Below are positions 27,031-38,903 of a stretch of DNA of 64,000 nt, piece by piece (the first letter of the stretch is position 1; each line of letters begins with the position of its first letter). The position numbers were made by a program, and so were the translations under genes. The notes below the pieces were generated by a model that saw only the letters and a list, made by a program, of their open reading frames with translations, searched no databases and had not been told where the DNA came from. The stretch comes from Takakia lepidozioides (lineage: Eukaryota > Plantae > Bryophyta), in the NCBI GenBank assembly GCA_030704615.1, contig CM060734.1:21018001-21082000 (forward strand), given 5' to 3'.

Positions 27031-27625
27031 TGATTAATCGTTAATGGTGAAAAGGATAAACCAAAGGTTCATTGATAAAAAAAATTTGAATGATTTGAAA
27101 TTTTGCCAGTATGTTCTACATGCCTCTTACATGGACGGGACAAGTATGAGATCAATAAAAAATGGTTCACAGGAGGAACCAATGGTTACTTGATGTGCCG
27201 ATTTCTGAATGCTTTCAAACTTTGCCATTGCATTGTACATGCCATCTTAAAGGTATCGGACAAGTATGAGTTCGATTTAAAATATTGCAATGGGTGAACC
27301 AATGGTATCTTCATTCAACAATTTTTGATTGTTTTGAAACTTTGCCAGTATATTGTACATGCCGTCAAACAGGTACCAAACAAGTATGAGGTCATTCAAA
27401 AATGGTTCAAAGGATGAACCTCGTATTTCCAAAAATTACGTAGACTATACAGTGGGTTGCACATTTAAGTTTTTGCAACCTGAGACCTTTGGCCTACTCC
27501 CTACGTTTCTAGCCTTTCTAGTCATCTTCATCTAGATTTATTACTTCGTTGTCGTCATCTCCAGATGTTGATGAAGATGCTCCGGGTGTAGAGGACGTGC
27601 CTCCACCAGTACGGAGAGCTCGAGC

Positions 27626-30063
27626 CTAGGCTCGAGTGGTCAAAGAGGGACCCAGTGTTGTGTGGTCCACCCTTGCCATCATGCGTAGCATTCTAGGCGA
27701 GTGCTGACTATCTTCCACATTTGCCAGAGCCAGGTGTGTCGCTCTTGCTACGGCTTCATGCAAATTTTCAATTAAATCCGATATGTTTGGAAGTGGCAAG
27801 AACACCCCTGGAATAGGGGCAACTTGGTCACGCCATGTATTCTGCCAATACTTTACAACACTCGTGATGGCAGCCTTGAAATTGTCCAACACCTCCTCCT
27901 GCTGGGGGTCTCTGCACAACTCTGGAAGAAATGGCCCTTCATCCCGACGAGGCACCCAATACGTCTCATTCATATCCTCCCAATGGATGCTAGCGGCCTC
28001 CAACTCCCTCAGAAATAGGTCTCTCCCAATCGGTTCGCGATTGTATGGGTCGTTTTCCGCTGGCACCCACGGATCCTCAGGCAGTCAGAAGAATCTTTGT
28101 CTGGTACAGCTCCAATGCCCTCCCAAGTTCCGGCAAAAAAACTCCCTTTGGACTGGGTCCCATATGCCTCTAGCACGCACAGTTATTTCCCAGTTGGATG
28201 TCACCCAAAAGGTCACCGGATCTTTAACCCTAATTAACGTCTTCGCATCCAAGGTGTGCATCTCTCTTGGAGCATCCCATGTCATTGTCTCCCCCCAGTG
28301 CTGCCAATTTAAAAATCGTAAGACGATACATCCAATGGCATGATGTACCGGTTGTACTCATATCTCGTGGGCATATTGTCTTGCAACCCAAACAACTCGT
28401 AGAAACGTCGATGGATTGGTCCACGGCAGTCAGGGCATTGGCTGGCTCGCATGGCTGCCGATATGAGACATACGAGATGGAACAAATGGCCACATGAACC
28501 AAGGTCCGTAAGGGTTTAGGCACATTGTGCACACCGTACTATCTGTTACCCATGACGCTGGATTGCTTCGTGGTATCCACGTCCGTTTATCCTCATGAAT
28601 GTAAGATGACATCCTCGGCCTGCTGTCCCACTCCTCCTCTACTTCCAAATCCCAGTTTATGCTCTTATTGGTATCGGAAATTGTATGCACACAGTGCTCA
28701 AACATGGCATCCACATCACCCCATGTGGTGAATCCAGTGTACTTCGACGTGAATACATCACGCACAGTGTCGTGCCTTTGCAAATTAACATAAATACTAT
28801 CTATGCTTCGATTCGACAAACGTGCTGCACGTTGGAGGACAACGCTTCTTCTATCCGTGTTTCCCGTGATGCTAGATGGCCCGCCCATGTCACCCAATTC
28901 CACCAATTCCCCTTCAACCATGGCCACGATCGGATTTGCATGGCATTTGAGTACCGATATGCAACAGCCCCAGCTTGCTCGCGTTCCCCCACAAGCTGCT
29001 CTAATTCCTGTTCTTGGGCCGATGTAATTTGCACGGCTGAACATTCCTCAGTTTCCACTATGGGGTCCTTCCCTTTTCTTGCCCTCTCCGCCGCAAGTCT
29101 TTCTTCCTCAACCCTCGTCGGGTCTAGTTCAGACGTTTGCACTTCATTCCCATGCCCGATTGAGTCAACCCCGTCGATGACGCGGTCAATGTCCATTGGT
29201 GGCATATTCAAACGCGCCAATATGTCTTGCTCGTTGGTGATTGGCCTCGGGTCCTGAAGCACACCGCGTATGCTGTCGAGAGTCCCCAACCCCATTTTTT
29301 CCAGCAACTTCGCTATTTGCCACTGTTGCAAATGAACAATGTCCTGCAGGTCTTTGATGTGCCGTTCATGTGCGGCCAACTATTCCTCCAACGGAGAGCG
29401 TACCTCGCCCCCCTCCACCTCAGACGTTGAAGGCCCGGCTGGAGAGACCTGTTGCGGCGTATAATCTGGAGGTTGGTCTGCATTTTCTCTTTCTTCCACA
29501 TCGTCGTTTCCATCCGCCTTTCCTCCTTCTTCCACCTCGTTGTTTCCATCCAACTGTATGATGTCCTGCCCCTGATGTATATACAAGTCTGGGATATCAG
29601 AGAACATGTATAGTCTAGTACGCTGTCTCGCAGTTGCAGTTTGTCAATCCACCGGTCGCAATAAAATCAACTATGTGTACAACATGGCCGCAAATAAATA
29701 CGGGACCTTGTTGTTGACGAGCGGTTGACCCCACAATGTTGTATATACCTCCTCTGCCCTGTGGCGGAAATGCGGGTTGGCGCAGGAATGCAAGCTAGCT
29801 TGATTTTGTTTGGTTTGTGGATCATGCCTATCTCTGGGCCACAAACGATTTATGTGACACCAGTCCACAAATTTCCTATAGTCACCAAGCGACCACCGCT
29901 GCCCCAACTTCCAAACTTCCCAACCTGGTTCCGCAAGAATGTTGGGGTCATTGTATATGTCCCAACGAAGTTCGCGCCTGACCCCTTTTGGGTTTTTTTT
30001 GGGAGGTCCAGGTTCATTATCGTCATCCCTGGGATGACCTCCTCTGTCTTCATCCTCCGCCAT
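27626..30063 (-). pseudogene. RING-H2 finger (putative E3 ubiquitin ligase) cargo gene with acidic and coiled-coil regions
   Basis: Chain of minus-strand ORFs from ATG 30063. Manual translation across a frameshift at ~28503 gives CTMCLNPYGP / LGSCGHLFHLVCLISAAMRASQCPDCRGP, a C3H2C3 ligand pattern. Several premature stops. Confidence 0.8.
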
Positions 30064-30408
30064 TTATGGCTCTGGCTTACCCCTACTCGACAGGTGTTTG
30101 CTAAGAAAAATGCTCTCCCAACCCTCCTAAATCGTACCTAATCCTACTCCCTAATGAATCTTCCCCAAGTACTAGAGGCACGTGTCACTCCCTCGGTAGT
30201 TCTAAGTGATATGACGCAATGTGCAATGAAAAAAATGTGGGTGGCAGAGGAGGGCTTCCCGGGAGGTACTCCGCATCGATTTCGTAGAATCCAACGGCCC
30301 AAAATACCCCCCACCCAACCAAGAGAGAATGGCCTCCAAAGCCTTATAAGCCCCCCCTCCATACTCGGGGCGCGCGTTGTCATCATGACTGCGCACGCTA
30401 GTAATAGC

Positions 30409-31630
30409 TGCGACCGCCAGCAGGGGTGGTCGCATCTTCTTTTATTTTCTTTATTATGTGCGACCACCAGCAGGGGGGTGGTCGCAGAATTTTTATTTTT
30501 TTAATAGGTGCGACCACCAACATGAGGGTGGTCGCAGATTTTTTTAATTTTTTTAATGGGTGCGACCACCAGCAGGGGGGTGGTCGCAGATTTTTTTATT
30601 TTTAATAGGTGCGACCACCAGCAGGGAGGTGGTCGCATAATTTTTCTTTTTTTTAATAGGCGCGACCACCAGCAGGGGGATGGTCGCAGAAATTTTGTTT
30701 AAAACAAATAGGTGCGACCACCACCTGCTGGTGGTCGCACTATTTTCCTTTTCTTTAATAGATGTGACCACCAGCAGGGGGGTGGTCGCATAATTTTTTG
30801 ATTTTTTAATATCTACCAACAGTCAGTAGCTCAGTTGGTTAAGTGCACTGAGTGCAACCCGGACGATTCTGGGGTCAAATCTTGCTACTTGATGGGTGTG
30901 GTATGGTTCGTGTGTGGTGCCCCATTCCTACGCCTCTTGGCGCATAAATGAAAGAGGTTATTTTCTCCTCTCACTACTAAGGGGCCTGATTTGTGAGCTG
31001 TCGCTCCCAGGTGTTTCCCAAAAAAATAAAAAAATAAAAATCTGCGACCACCAGCAGGGGGGTGGTCGCACCATTTTTTTTTAGGGGCAACCACCAGCAA
31101 GGGGGTGGTTGCAAAATTTTCTATTTTTAAATAGCTGCGACCACCAGCAGGGGGGTGGTCGGACCATTTTTCTTTTTGTTGAATAGGTGCGAATAATATG
31201 TAGAGCAGTTTCATTCGGGCCCTGATTCTAGAGTGGTCCAGGAATTACTGTGGCCCAGGAATTAGAGTGGGGCGCCTATGAAGGAAGACCACGTGTATTA
31301 AGGAATGAGATGAGGGGGTCCAACAAAAGAATGGAGGAATTGGCTAAATTTAGAATAGGGAGTACTGCAGGGTTGACATGTGTTCAGGGCCTTCTAAAAG
31401 GCTCCAGGGTCGGCGGGCTTCTAGAAGGGTCCCACCGCCCTAAGAGGCTATATAAGGGAACCCCCCCTTACTACGTACTAACTTACTACCTATTAAATCA
31501 GTAAATAGGTGCGACTACCAGCAGGGGGGTGGTCGCAACATTTTTATTTTATTTTAACAGTTACGACGACCGCTACTGGTGGTTGCACAATTGTTTTTTT
31601 TTAAATAGGTGCGACCACCAGGAGGTTGGT
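30409..31630. repeat. Internal arrays of the TGCGACCACC...GGTGGTCGCA palindrome (~8 copies at 30409-30790, ~3 at 31043-31165, ~3 at 31510-31630)
   Basis: Same unit as the terminal arrays; interrupted by a SINE. Confidence 0.9.
30815..31036 (+). mobile_element. tRNA-derived SINE (~220 bp)
   Basis: ACCAA start, A-box TAGCTCAGTTGG (30827-30838), B-box-like GGGTCAAATCT (30872-30882), unrelated body and A-rich tail. Imperfect TSD AATATCT/AAAATCT; removal restores the array unit TAATATCTGCGACC. Confidence 0.78.
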
Positions 31631-32101
31631 CCTCTTGCACCTGTATGTATGTTTGGAGAGGCAGATGAAAAGCACATGTATCGACTCCCCATGGATTTGT
31701 GAAGGGGAAGATGAATGTTGGGAGTTGCACCTGGCCTTTGTGGCTTTCGAAACCATAATAGGAAATCAACAATGTAAAGGTAATGACGAAACACAAACAC
31801 ACGCACAACCACCAAACCCTTTCTTGGGTATACATATTCCACCATTTTTATTTTCGTACACGTATGCATGTACCCAAACTGAAACATGGATATCCATGGA
31901 AACATACTACACATCATGTGACAGAAGTTATAGCTGTACCTAGTTCCGTCTGGCACGACGACGATGGTATGATCTCATGCCTAGTACAAAATCTTTGTCC
32001 CCACTCACTTCACCCCCGTTCCCATGATCAGTGCTAGAATCATGATCTCCATCTGTTCTTTCGCTTCCAGAGGCAACTGGCCGTTGGACCTGTAGTCGTC
32101 C

Positions 32102-34857
32102 TCAGAGTACGTTCAGTTGTCTCTCTGGTCGATTTCCACTCCTATCATGAATACCATCTAGAGTATCAGGCCTGTTCACAGGTCGGTCACCAACAAAAAG
32201 TTGCACAATTCTCTGCCGTTTCTGGGCTTGTCCCGGATTTCGTGGTGGCCTTGGAGCAGGTCTCGTATGAGGAAGGCTACTCGCACGTACATCAGAGCGG
32301 CCGACATGAGAAGAAGGGGCATGAGATGGACCAGCGAGGGTCGAGGGAGCACGGTTCATATGCGGACGTCGTCGGGCCAGATGAAACGACAATGGCCGGT
32401 CGTCGTCATCCAATGGTTCGACTTGCAGAAGTCCCGCAACAGAAGAAGCATCTCCCAGGATCGGAGTAGCGATGGAAGAAATTACATGAGGGGGAGAGAC
32501 ACTAGATGGACCAGCATGGGATGGACCGGTTTGAGAAAGAGAAACATGAGATGGAGCGGCGTGAGATGGAGCACGGTTCACAGGGGCACGATGTCGGTGA
32601 AGGAATGACAACGGCCGGTTGTCATCATCCGACGATTCGACCTGCACATCTCCCGCAGTCCGTGGAACTCGTGGTGGAGGAGAGTTGACCTCAACTTCAT
32701 TGTTAAGAGTGTGCTCCACTGGGGGAAGGGGGTCCGCAATTGGGATGACACCATGTCGCAGTTCATCAACAACAAGGTCATCGAAGGATGGATGCATTGC
32801 AGCATCATCGTCATTAAATTCATATGGGTCATGTGAAGGATTGCCCTCATCATCGGACCCATCCCAACCGTCGGAGTCGGTGTCATCATTGCTGCTAGAT
32901 TGGACATTTGCGGCAGATTCTTCAGACAACAGATTCTTCTCGTACCATGCAGATGCGTCACTTGCTGTCATCTCTCGCAGTAGCCTACAATTCGTGTAGA
33001 CATAAACCAATTTGTTAGCCCTGGCAAGATACAACCTGTTGTGAATCTTGTTGTGAATAAACGAGTAACTGCTCCAGTTCCGCTCATAGGACGAGGCAGA
33101 GCACACCTGAGCAAGAATACGCTTTGCAATGGGAGCTAACGTTCTTGCTCCAGCTTCAGATCCCACCATTCATGTGGCAACATGTTCATTGCTTTTGGAT
33201 CCGGCATGTCATGGAAAGGATTCTGGCGATCCGAGAAGCACTGGTACTCGGACAAAGCTCGCTCTGCCATGTTCAAGGGCGCGAGTTGCATGATGACCCG
33301 GCTTTGGCATCCACATCATCTCTCAAATCCGTATTGTCCAGCAAGAATGGATTCAGCAAGGCCCCCGCATAATGCAAGTCCGTGCAAACCATCCGTTTGC
33401 GGTCGTAAAATGCATCCTCGGTCCTTGCCGCCAAATCATCGTCCATAGAAAATAGAGGACGCCTCAAGGATTGCACGTGCTTCTCAAGGTTTTCCAATAT
33501 CAACCATGTTTTACCCATTATTGGTTGTTTTCCATCAAACTCCCGCAAAGCAATCAACACCGGCTCCACCATGTATACAAAATTTGCACATTTCGCCCAG
33601 AAATCGTCGAAGCGAATGATTGCGCGGACCCTCCGAGTTTTGCTCAAAGACTTGGACTTACGAGAGTCGCGTAAGGTGCCCACATATGCATCCCATTGAG
33701 GGTCAATGATCACCTGCTCCAGACCCACCCTCACAGTCATTAGTCGATCCACCATCAAAAAGTTTGTGGCAAAGCGGGTTTCACCCGGGTTCCTAAGGTT
33801 GTATTTGGGTTCATGCTTTCTAAACAATGCCAGAGGGATGTGATGTGTATGAATGAACGTCACAACCAACTTTGCCTTTTTTACTAGTTGTTTCATCCAT
33901 GATTCTTTTCCCCAATCCTCCAAAAGGAGATCAAAGATATGAGTAGCACACCCTTGGTAATATAGATAGGGATATCGTACCATCAAAATATCGGTCAGAT
34001 TAACCATGTTAGATGCATTGTCCGTGCACACTTGGACAATTTTATCAGCTCCAATTTTATCGATGAAACTCGTCAACAACCCTGCTTGATAACGTGCATC
34101 TTTTTCTCTCCCCGCTTGTGTCAACGGATCCCAAAAATTGTTCCCCCGCAGGACAAACCAGCATGACATTGAACAGTGGTCGATTAGTAACAGAACTCCA
34201 ACCGTCCGCACATATAGTGCTTCCATATTTCCGGAGAGAATCACCTGTCTTTTCGTTCACCTTTTGGGTGAGGTCAGACATAGCCTCTTCTAGCAATCCT
34301 GTGCGGAGATCGCGATAACTCGGAGGTGTGTATGTGGACTTGGAATCGGATGTGGCTTTGACAGCAGCCACAAATGCAAGAAGCCTCGAGACATTGAATG
34401 GAATATTGGCCTCGTAGAAAAATTGGGCCCACTTCTTATCCAGAGTCCTCATGTGCGACAAATTTAAGCCTTCTTGCATTGATTGTTGCCTCAATGGTCT
34501 GGTCCGTACAAGTGCTGGCGTACCATCGGGTGTTGTTCCTGACCCACCGGCTTCTCCACGAACAACAGACGCCTCGCGAGAATCCTCCTGGGTACAACTC
34601 TGAGGGATATTTTGATTCGAACCTGGAGTGTTTGGCTCAGAAGCCGCGGCCACTTCAAGAGACAGTGGGATATTGCCTCCACATTGGGCAAAATGGGCTT
34701 TCACTCGCATGGAGGTTTTTGGGCACAAACTAACCCCTGCATTCTTCCCATCTCTATAACCGAGGTGATATAATATGCGATCTTTGCGACCGTGCTCAAA
34801 GAATAGAGAACATTCACTCGCCACAAAAGTGTTTGCCACAAAAGAAGTGAGGGGCAT
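32102..34857 (-). pseudogene. hAT transposase (BED-finger remnant, DUF659-like core, C-terminal dimerisation domain, low-complexity tail)
   Basis: RILYHL...CPK, FFYEANIPFNV, TICADGWS (D1), VQVCTDNASNM (D2), CATHIFDLLLED (CxxH), TRFATNF, SASSYERNWSSYSFIHNK (E). Frameshifts at ~34100, ~33300 and ~33170. Confidence 0.95.
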
Positions 34858-34978
34858 TGGGACCACCTTATATACCCTCCAGCCTCCAAGCCTCACACGC
34901 TCGATGAATCACAATCCAATGTTGCGACCGCTACAGGTAGCACGAGGAAGTCGCACGTTATTTAAAAAAAAAAACTGC

Positions 34979-35465
34979 TGCGACCACCCTCATGCTGGTG
35001 GTCGCAGATATTAAAAAACAGAAAATTGCTGCGACCACCCCCTTGCTGGTGGTCGCACCTATTAAAAAGAAGAAAAATGCTGCGACCACCCCCTGCTGGT
35101 TGTCGCACCTATTAAAAAAATAGAAAAATGCTGCGACCACCCCCTGCCGGTGGTCGCACCTATTAAAAAAACAGAAAAATGCTGCAACCACCCCCATGCT
35201 AGTGGTCGCAGATATTAAAAAATAGAAAAATGTTGCGACCACCCTCCTGATGGTGGTCGCACCTATTACAAATAAAATAAAAATTGTGCGACCACCAATA
35301 GCGGTGGTCGCAACTGTTTAAGAAAAGAAAAAAATGCGACCACCCCTGCTGGTGGTCGCATCTATTTTTAAAAAACAAAAAATGCTGCGACAACCCCTCT
35401 GCTGGTGGTTGCAACTATTAAAAAATAAGATAAATTCTGTGACCACCACCATTTGGAGGTCGCAC
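34979..35465. repeat. Right array of the same palindrome (~10 copies, A-rich spacers, inverted relative to the left array)
   Basis: Read directly from the sequence. Confidence 0.92.
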
Positions 35466-36728
35466 CAATTTAACAATAATGATTTAAAAATGACCTCAAA
35501 TATTGGCGGATGGAGTAATTATAAAACAATTCATTCACTTGCCAAGGTGTCGCTTGGAATACAACGTGTCCACCTACGTGACATATTTTTCACCTAATTC
35601 ATGTTTTACTGATTTTTCGGCAAAACTGACGTGACGTTGGTCGCGTTAGCGTCAGGTCCGACGTCACTGACGTGTGCAACCTTGCTCGATGGTTATTACT
35701 TCTTCATGAGTATGATTTTGAAGTTGTTCATAAACCAGGAAGATTACATGTTATAGCAGATCATCTGTCAAGGATTACTACAGGAGAACCAGCCACGGGA
35801 GTAGAGGATCAACTTCCCAATGCATTTCTGTTTGTTGTTCAACTAGAAGCACAAGATGAAGAGACAGATCCTCTAGGCACTCTGGGAATGTTTCAAGGAG
35901 ACTATGACCTCCCAAATTCTCTTAAGCTCATGGATGACACTGATGAAGAAGAGGACTCATCAGATGAAGATGAACCTCTTGATGAAGGACCTATTATTGA
36001 GGAAGAGCCAGATCCAGAAGAAGAAGATGAGAAGAAAAACGAAGAAACAAACAATCACGAATTAGCCAATATCAGTATTGGAACTTATACAGTTACCAAG
36101 GAAGAATCAGAAGACATTCAGAATCAAGATCAAGATCCAGACAATTGACAATGGCCAATCAAATACTATCTGAACACAGGGAAATTTCCTAAAAACTACA
36201 CCAAAGATGACAGGAGAAAGCTTTCAATAAAAAGCAAGCCATACACAGTAATCAAGGGAATTTTGTACAAAAGAGGAATTGACTCCATAATGAGAAGATG
36301 TGTGAACAAAGAACAAACCAAAACAGTGATGCAAGAGCTCCACGAAGGAATTGCAGGAGGACACTTCAATTCGGACCTGACAGCAAAGAAGATATTATTA
36401 GTAGGTTACTGGTGGCCTACTGTATTTGGAGACACTTATGAACACTATCAACAGTGTGATGTTTGCCAGAGGATGGGACCAGTAGAACAAACTGGGAAGG
36501 GTGCTATGCACCCAATAATACCAACAGAACCATTTCAACGCTGGGGACTAGACTTCGTGGGGCCCATTAAACCTCCAGCAAGGTACACACAGAACCAATA
36601 CATCCTCACAGCCACTAAGTACACTACCAAATGGGTAGAGGCCAAGGCACTAAGAGACAACACTGCCAAGTCGACAGCCAAATTCTTATATGAAAACATC
36701 ATCACACGATTTGGTTGCCCACCTACCT

Positions 36729-37435
36729 GGTCACGGGTTGAAAAGGCTACGTACGCGACACTTAGCAAGTGGCGGAACAAGGGTACATTACCACGGGAGC
36801 AGTAGTAACCGTGGGCCATGAACCACGATATCACACGGCCACGATAGCATCAGCTTTTACTAATAGAGGAAGTAGTGAAGGATCGTGGACCGTGTACCAC
36901 TATGGCACACGACCACTACAACGAACCACTTTTTTAGCAAACCCTTTAGGTTGCGTAGGTAGTTAGGCAACAGTCATTAACAACTGCAGGCTGTAACGGC
37001 TCTTTCGAGCATAGTATAAAAGGGCTGCACGCAACTTAGAAGGTATCAGTGATCAGTGTATATTCAGTGGACTCAGAGTGATTCAATGTGTACTTATGCT
37101 ATGATGGGATGAACTCTGAAGTAAAGCCATGTTATTCCAAGTATCTCTGTGTAGAGTGAACGTGAGATGGAGAGAATGTGCATTATGAGAGAACGTGAGA
37201 TGGTGAGAATGTGTATCATCTCATAATTCTTGTTTTGTCTTGACTACCATCTGACTGTTTGAACAAAGAGGCTTCAGCCTTTCCGACTAAGATCTTTTAG
37301 GCTAATGAGACTGTAGGTTGGGCTTAATCAATAGGATTAAGCAACCTGTAGAGATATTGATTCATACGACGACCATGGTTTAGCTATCCTTAAAAGATTA
37401 CTCTGTAATCGTTTCTGAAAGCACACCGTCGGACA
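36729..37435 (+). repeat. Probable solo LTR of another family; another LTR-like fragment follows at 37441-37749
   Basis: Abruptly replaces the F2 integrase. Starts GGTCACGGG (TGTCAC-like), has TATAAAAG at ~37015 and ends CGGACA. The next segment starts TGTTG and has its own TATAAAAG. No second copy in the window. Confidence 0.4.
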
Positions 37436-37749
37436 ACCTCTGTTGCATGTCTTGGGAAATGGGCAGTAGTGCTGAGAGCCTGTTTTGTCTAAGTCATAAA
37501 CCAGCGGTTAACAATCCTCCAAGGAAATAATAGTTTAATGAATATTTTCCATTAGTTTATTAGGCTCAAAAACAGTATAAAAGAAGGACAAGGCTTCTCT
37601 TGTTCTTCATCTAGTTCTTTTTCTTGCTTAGTTTCCTCTTGTTGTTGTAGTGTTGTTAGTTTGAGGCTTGAGGAGGCTAGATCCTAGGGAGTGGAGCTTG
37701 AAGCTCCTTAGTTAGGTAGAATTCTTGTGAGCTAAGGCAAGTGGCCTAG

Positions 37750-38756
37750 TGTCGAGCGGCTTTTACTCACCCATCCCTTTGCTATCCGAGGTGAGAACTC
37801 CAAGATAGAAGAGTTGGAAATCTCTAAGCACTCAGCCCGCTCAGAACAATCAGTCATGACCTACAGCTAGTGTATCATGGGGGTGCTTCCTATTTGTATT
37901 CCTTCTCGCATTGATGATAACAAGTTACCTTACTGTCTATATTTAAGTATCAGATTGCTTCAGCAATCTACCAGGTTCCATCCACTCATCCATTCATTCC
38001 ACAGCTTCACTCAGGTCTCTCTACACAGTGTGAGTATGAAATTCTATTAAGTATCAGGCCGAAGCCATGGTGTCTCTAATCTGCTCTATAGTGCATCTCT
38101 ACAGCTTGCATGTATCGAGCATCAACAGATCGTCTCTCCTCCATCACCGTGCTCTCCATCCTTGCGCTCCAATTTGTGCTCTCCGCTTGATCTCATCTCC
38201 TGATGACCAAGTCGTGATCCAAGAAGTGTCCCCCTCCTTGTTGCTACTCTGCCTATTCTACCTGCAAGCTGTTCTAACCGCCTAACTAACTAACTGTCAT
38301 TCAAGACAGAATTCACGCTCCTTATGCAGAGGTCGTTCCCACACAGTCGTTCCCTGCCAATGATAACCGTTCCCTGTGTACTGTGACGGGTTGTGCCAAG
38401 CTGTGTCGGGCTGTGACTGTGCCGAGTTGTGACTGGCTGTGTCGGACTGTGTCGGGCTGTGACTAACTGTGTGAGACTGTGTGAGACTGTGGTAGGCTGT
38501 GACTGACTGTGTTAGGTTGTGTCAAGCTGTGACAGGCTATGTCAAGCTGTGTCTAACTGTGTAGGACTGTGACAAGCCGTGTCAGGCTGTGTAAGCCTAT
38601 GACTGACTGTGTGAGCCTGCCTACCACCCCTAAGGCCTGTGTCTGTCATCCCTAAGGCCTCTGTTGGTCTGAGCCTACCATCCGTAAGTCCGCGCAAAAT
38701 TAAGGGTACCCCACAGAACTCGTAAAACTGTCTAAGTCCCAGACAGCCCTCTAAAT
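37750..38756 (-). repeat. F1 LTR in reverse orientation (solo or orphan)
   Basis: Reverse complement of 8613-9565 over its whole length. The 5' TG is altered; no TSD or clear PPT is seen. Confidence 0.92.
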
Positions 38757-38903
38757 AAGTCTGAAATCTCATCTATATCTTCTGCTGCTTAATGTGATAA
38801 CATGCAATAAAACAAGCAGCATAATACAGTCCACAACCCATGACCAAACTAGGTATCTCCTTGGTCTTGGTGTAGATGTATCCATGAACAATCTGGAAGG
38901 CAA

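Larger units (their letters stand above)
19396..35684 (-). mobile_element. Large (16,289 bp) hAT DNA transposon with cargo genes
   Basis: Exact 8-bp TSD CTCGATGG at 19388-19395 and 35685-35692. Imperfect TIRs CCTAGTTGCA versus the right-end reverse complement CAAGGTTGCA. GACGT-rich subterminal tracts at both ends. Internal hAT transposase. Removing the element restores the F2 RNase H. Confidence 0.92.
16725..36722 (+). mobile_element. Ty3/gypsy non-chromovirus family F2 copy A (gag end to mid-integrase), split by the hAT insertion into 16725-19395 and 35685-36722
   Basis: PR VLIDGGSGVNIM, RT KLRVCVDYRKLN and RH AEKNYSTTEKEALA. The RH sequence GRVARW resumes as ARWLLLLHEYDF after 35684. [14 protein letters not shown]...WGLDFVGP. 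Collinear with the copy at 55900-59580. Confidence 0.92.

Noticed and set aside
22589-27535. Many short ORFs in the satellite region
   Set aside because: They recur at the repeat period, have no domain motifs and break at different positions in each unit.
30820-30890. Functional tRNA gene
   Set aside because: The stems do not pair well, and it continues into an unrelated body with an A-tail and TSD, which fits a SINE.
19636-35465. Palindrome-plus-spacer arrays resembling CRISPR
   Set aside because: Spacers are mutually similar poly-T/A tracts, the repeats are degenerate, there are no cas genes and the arrays lie inside a eukaryotic hAT element.
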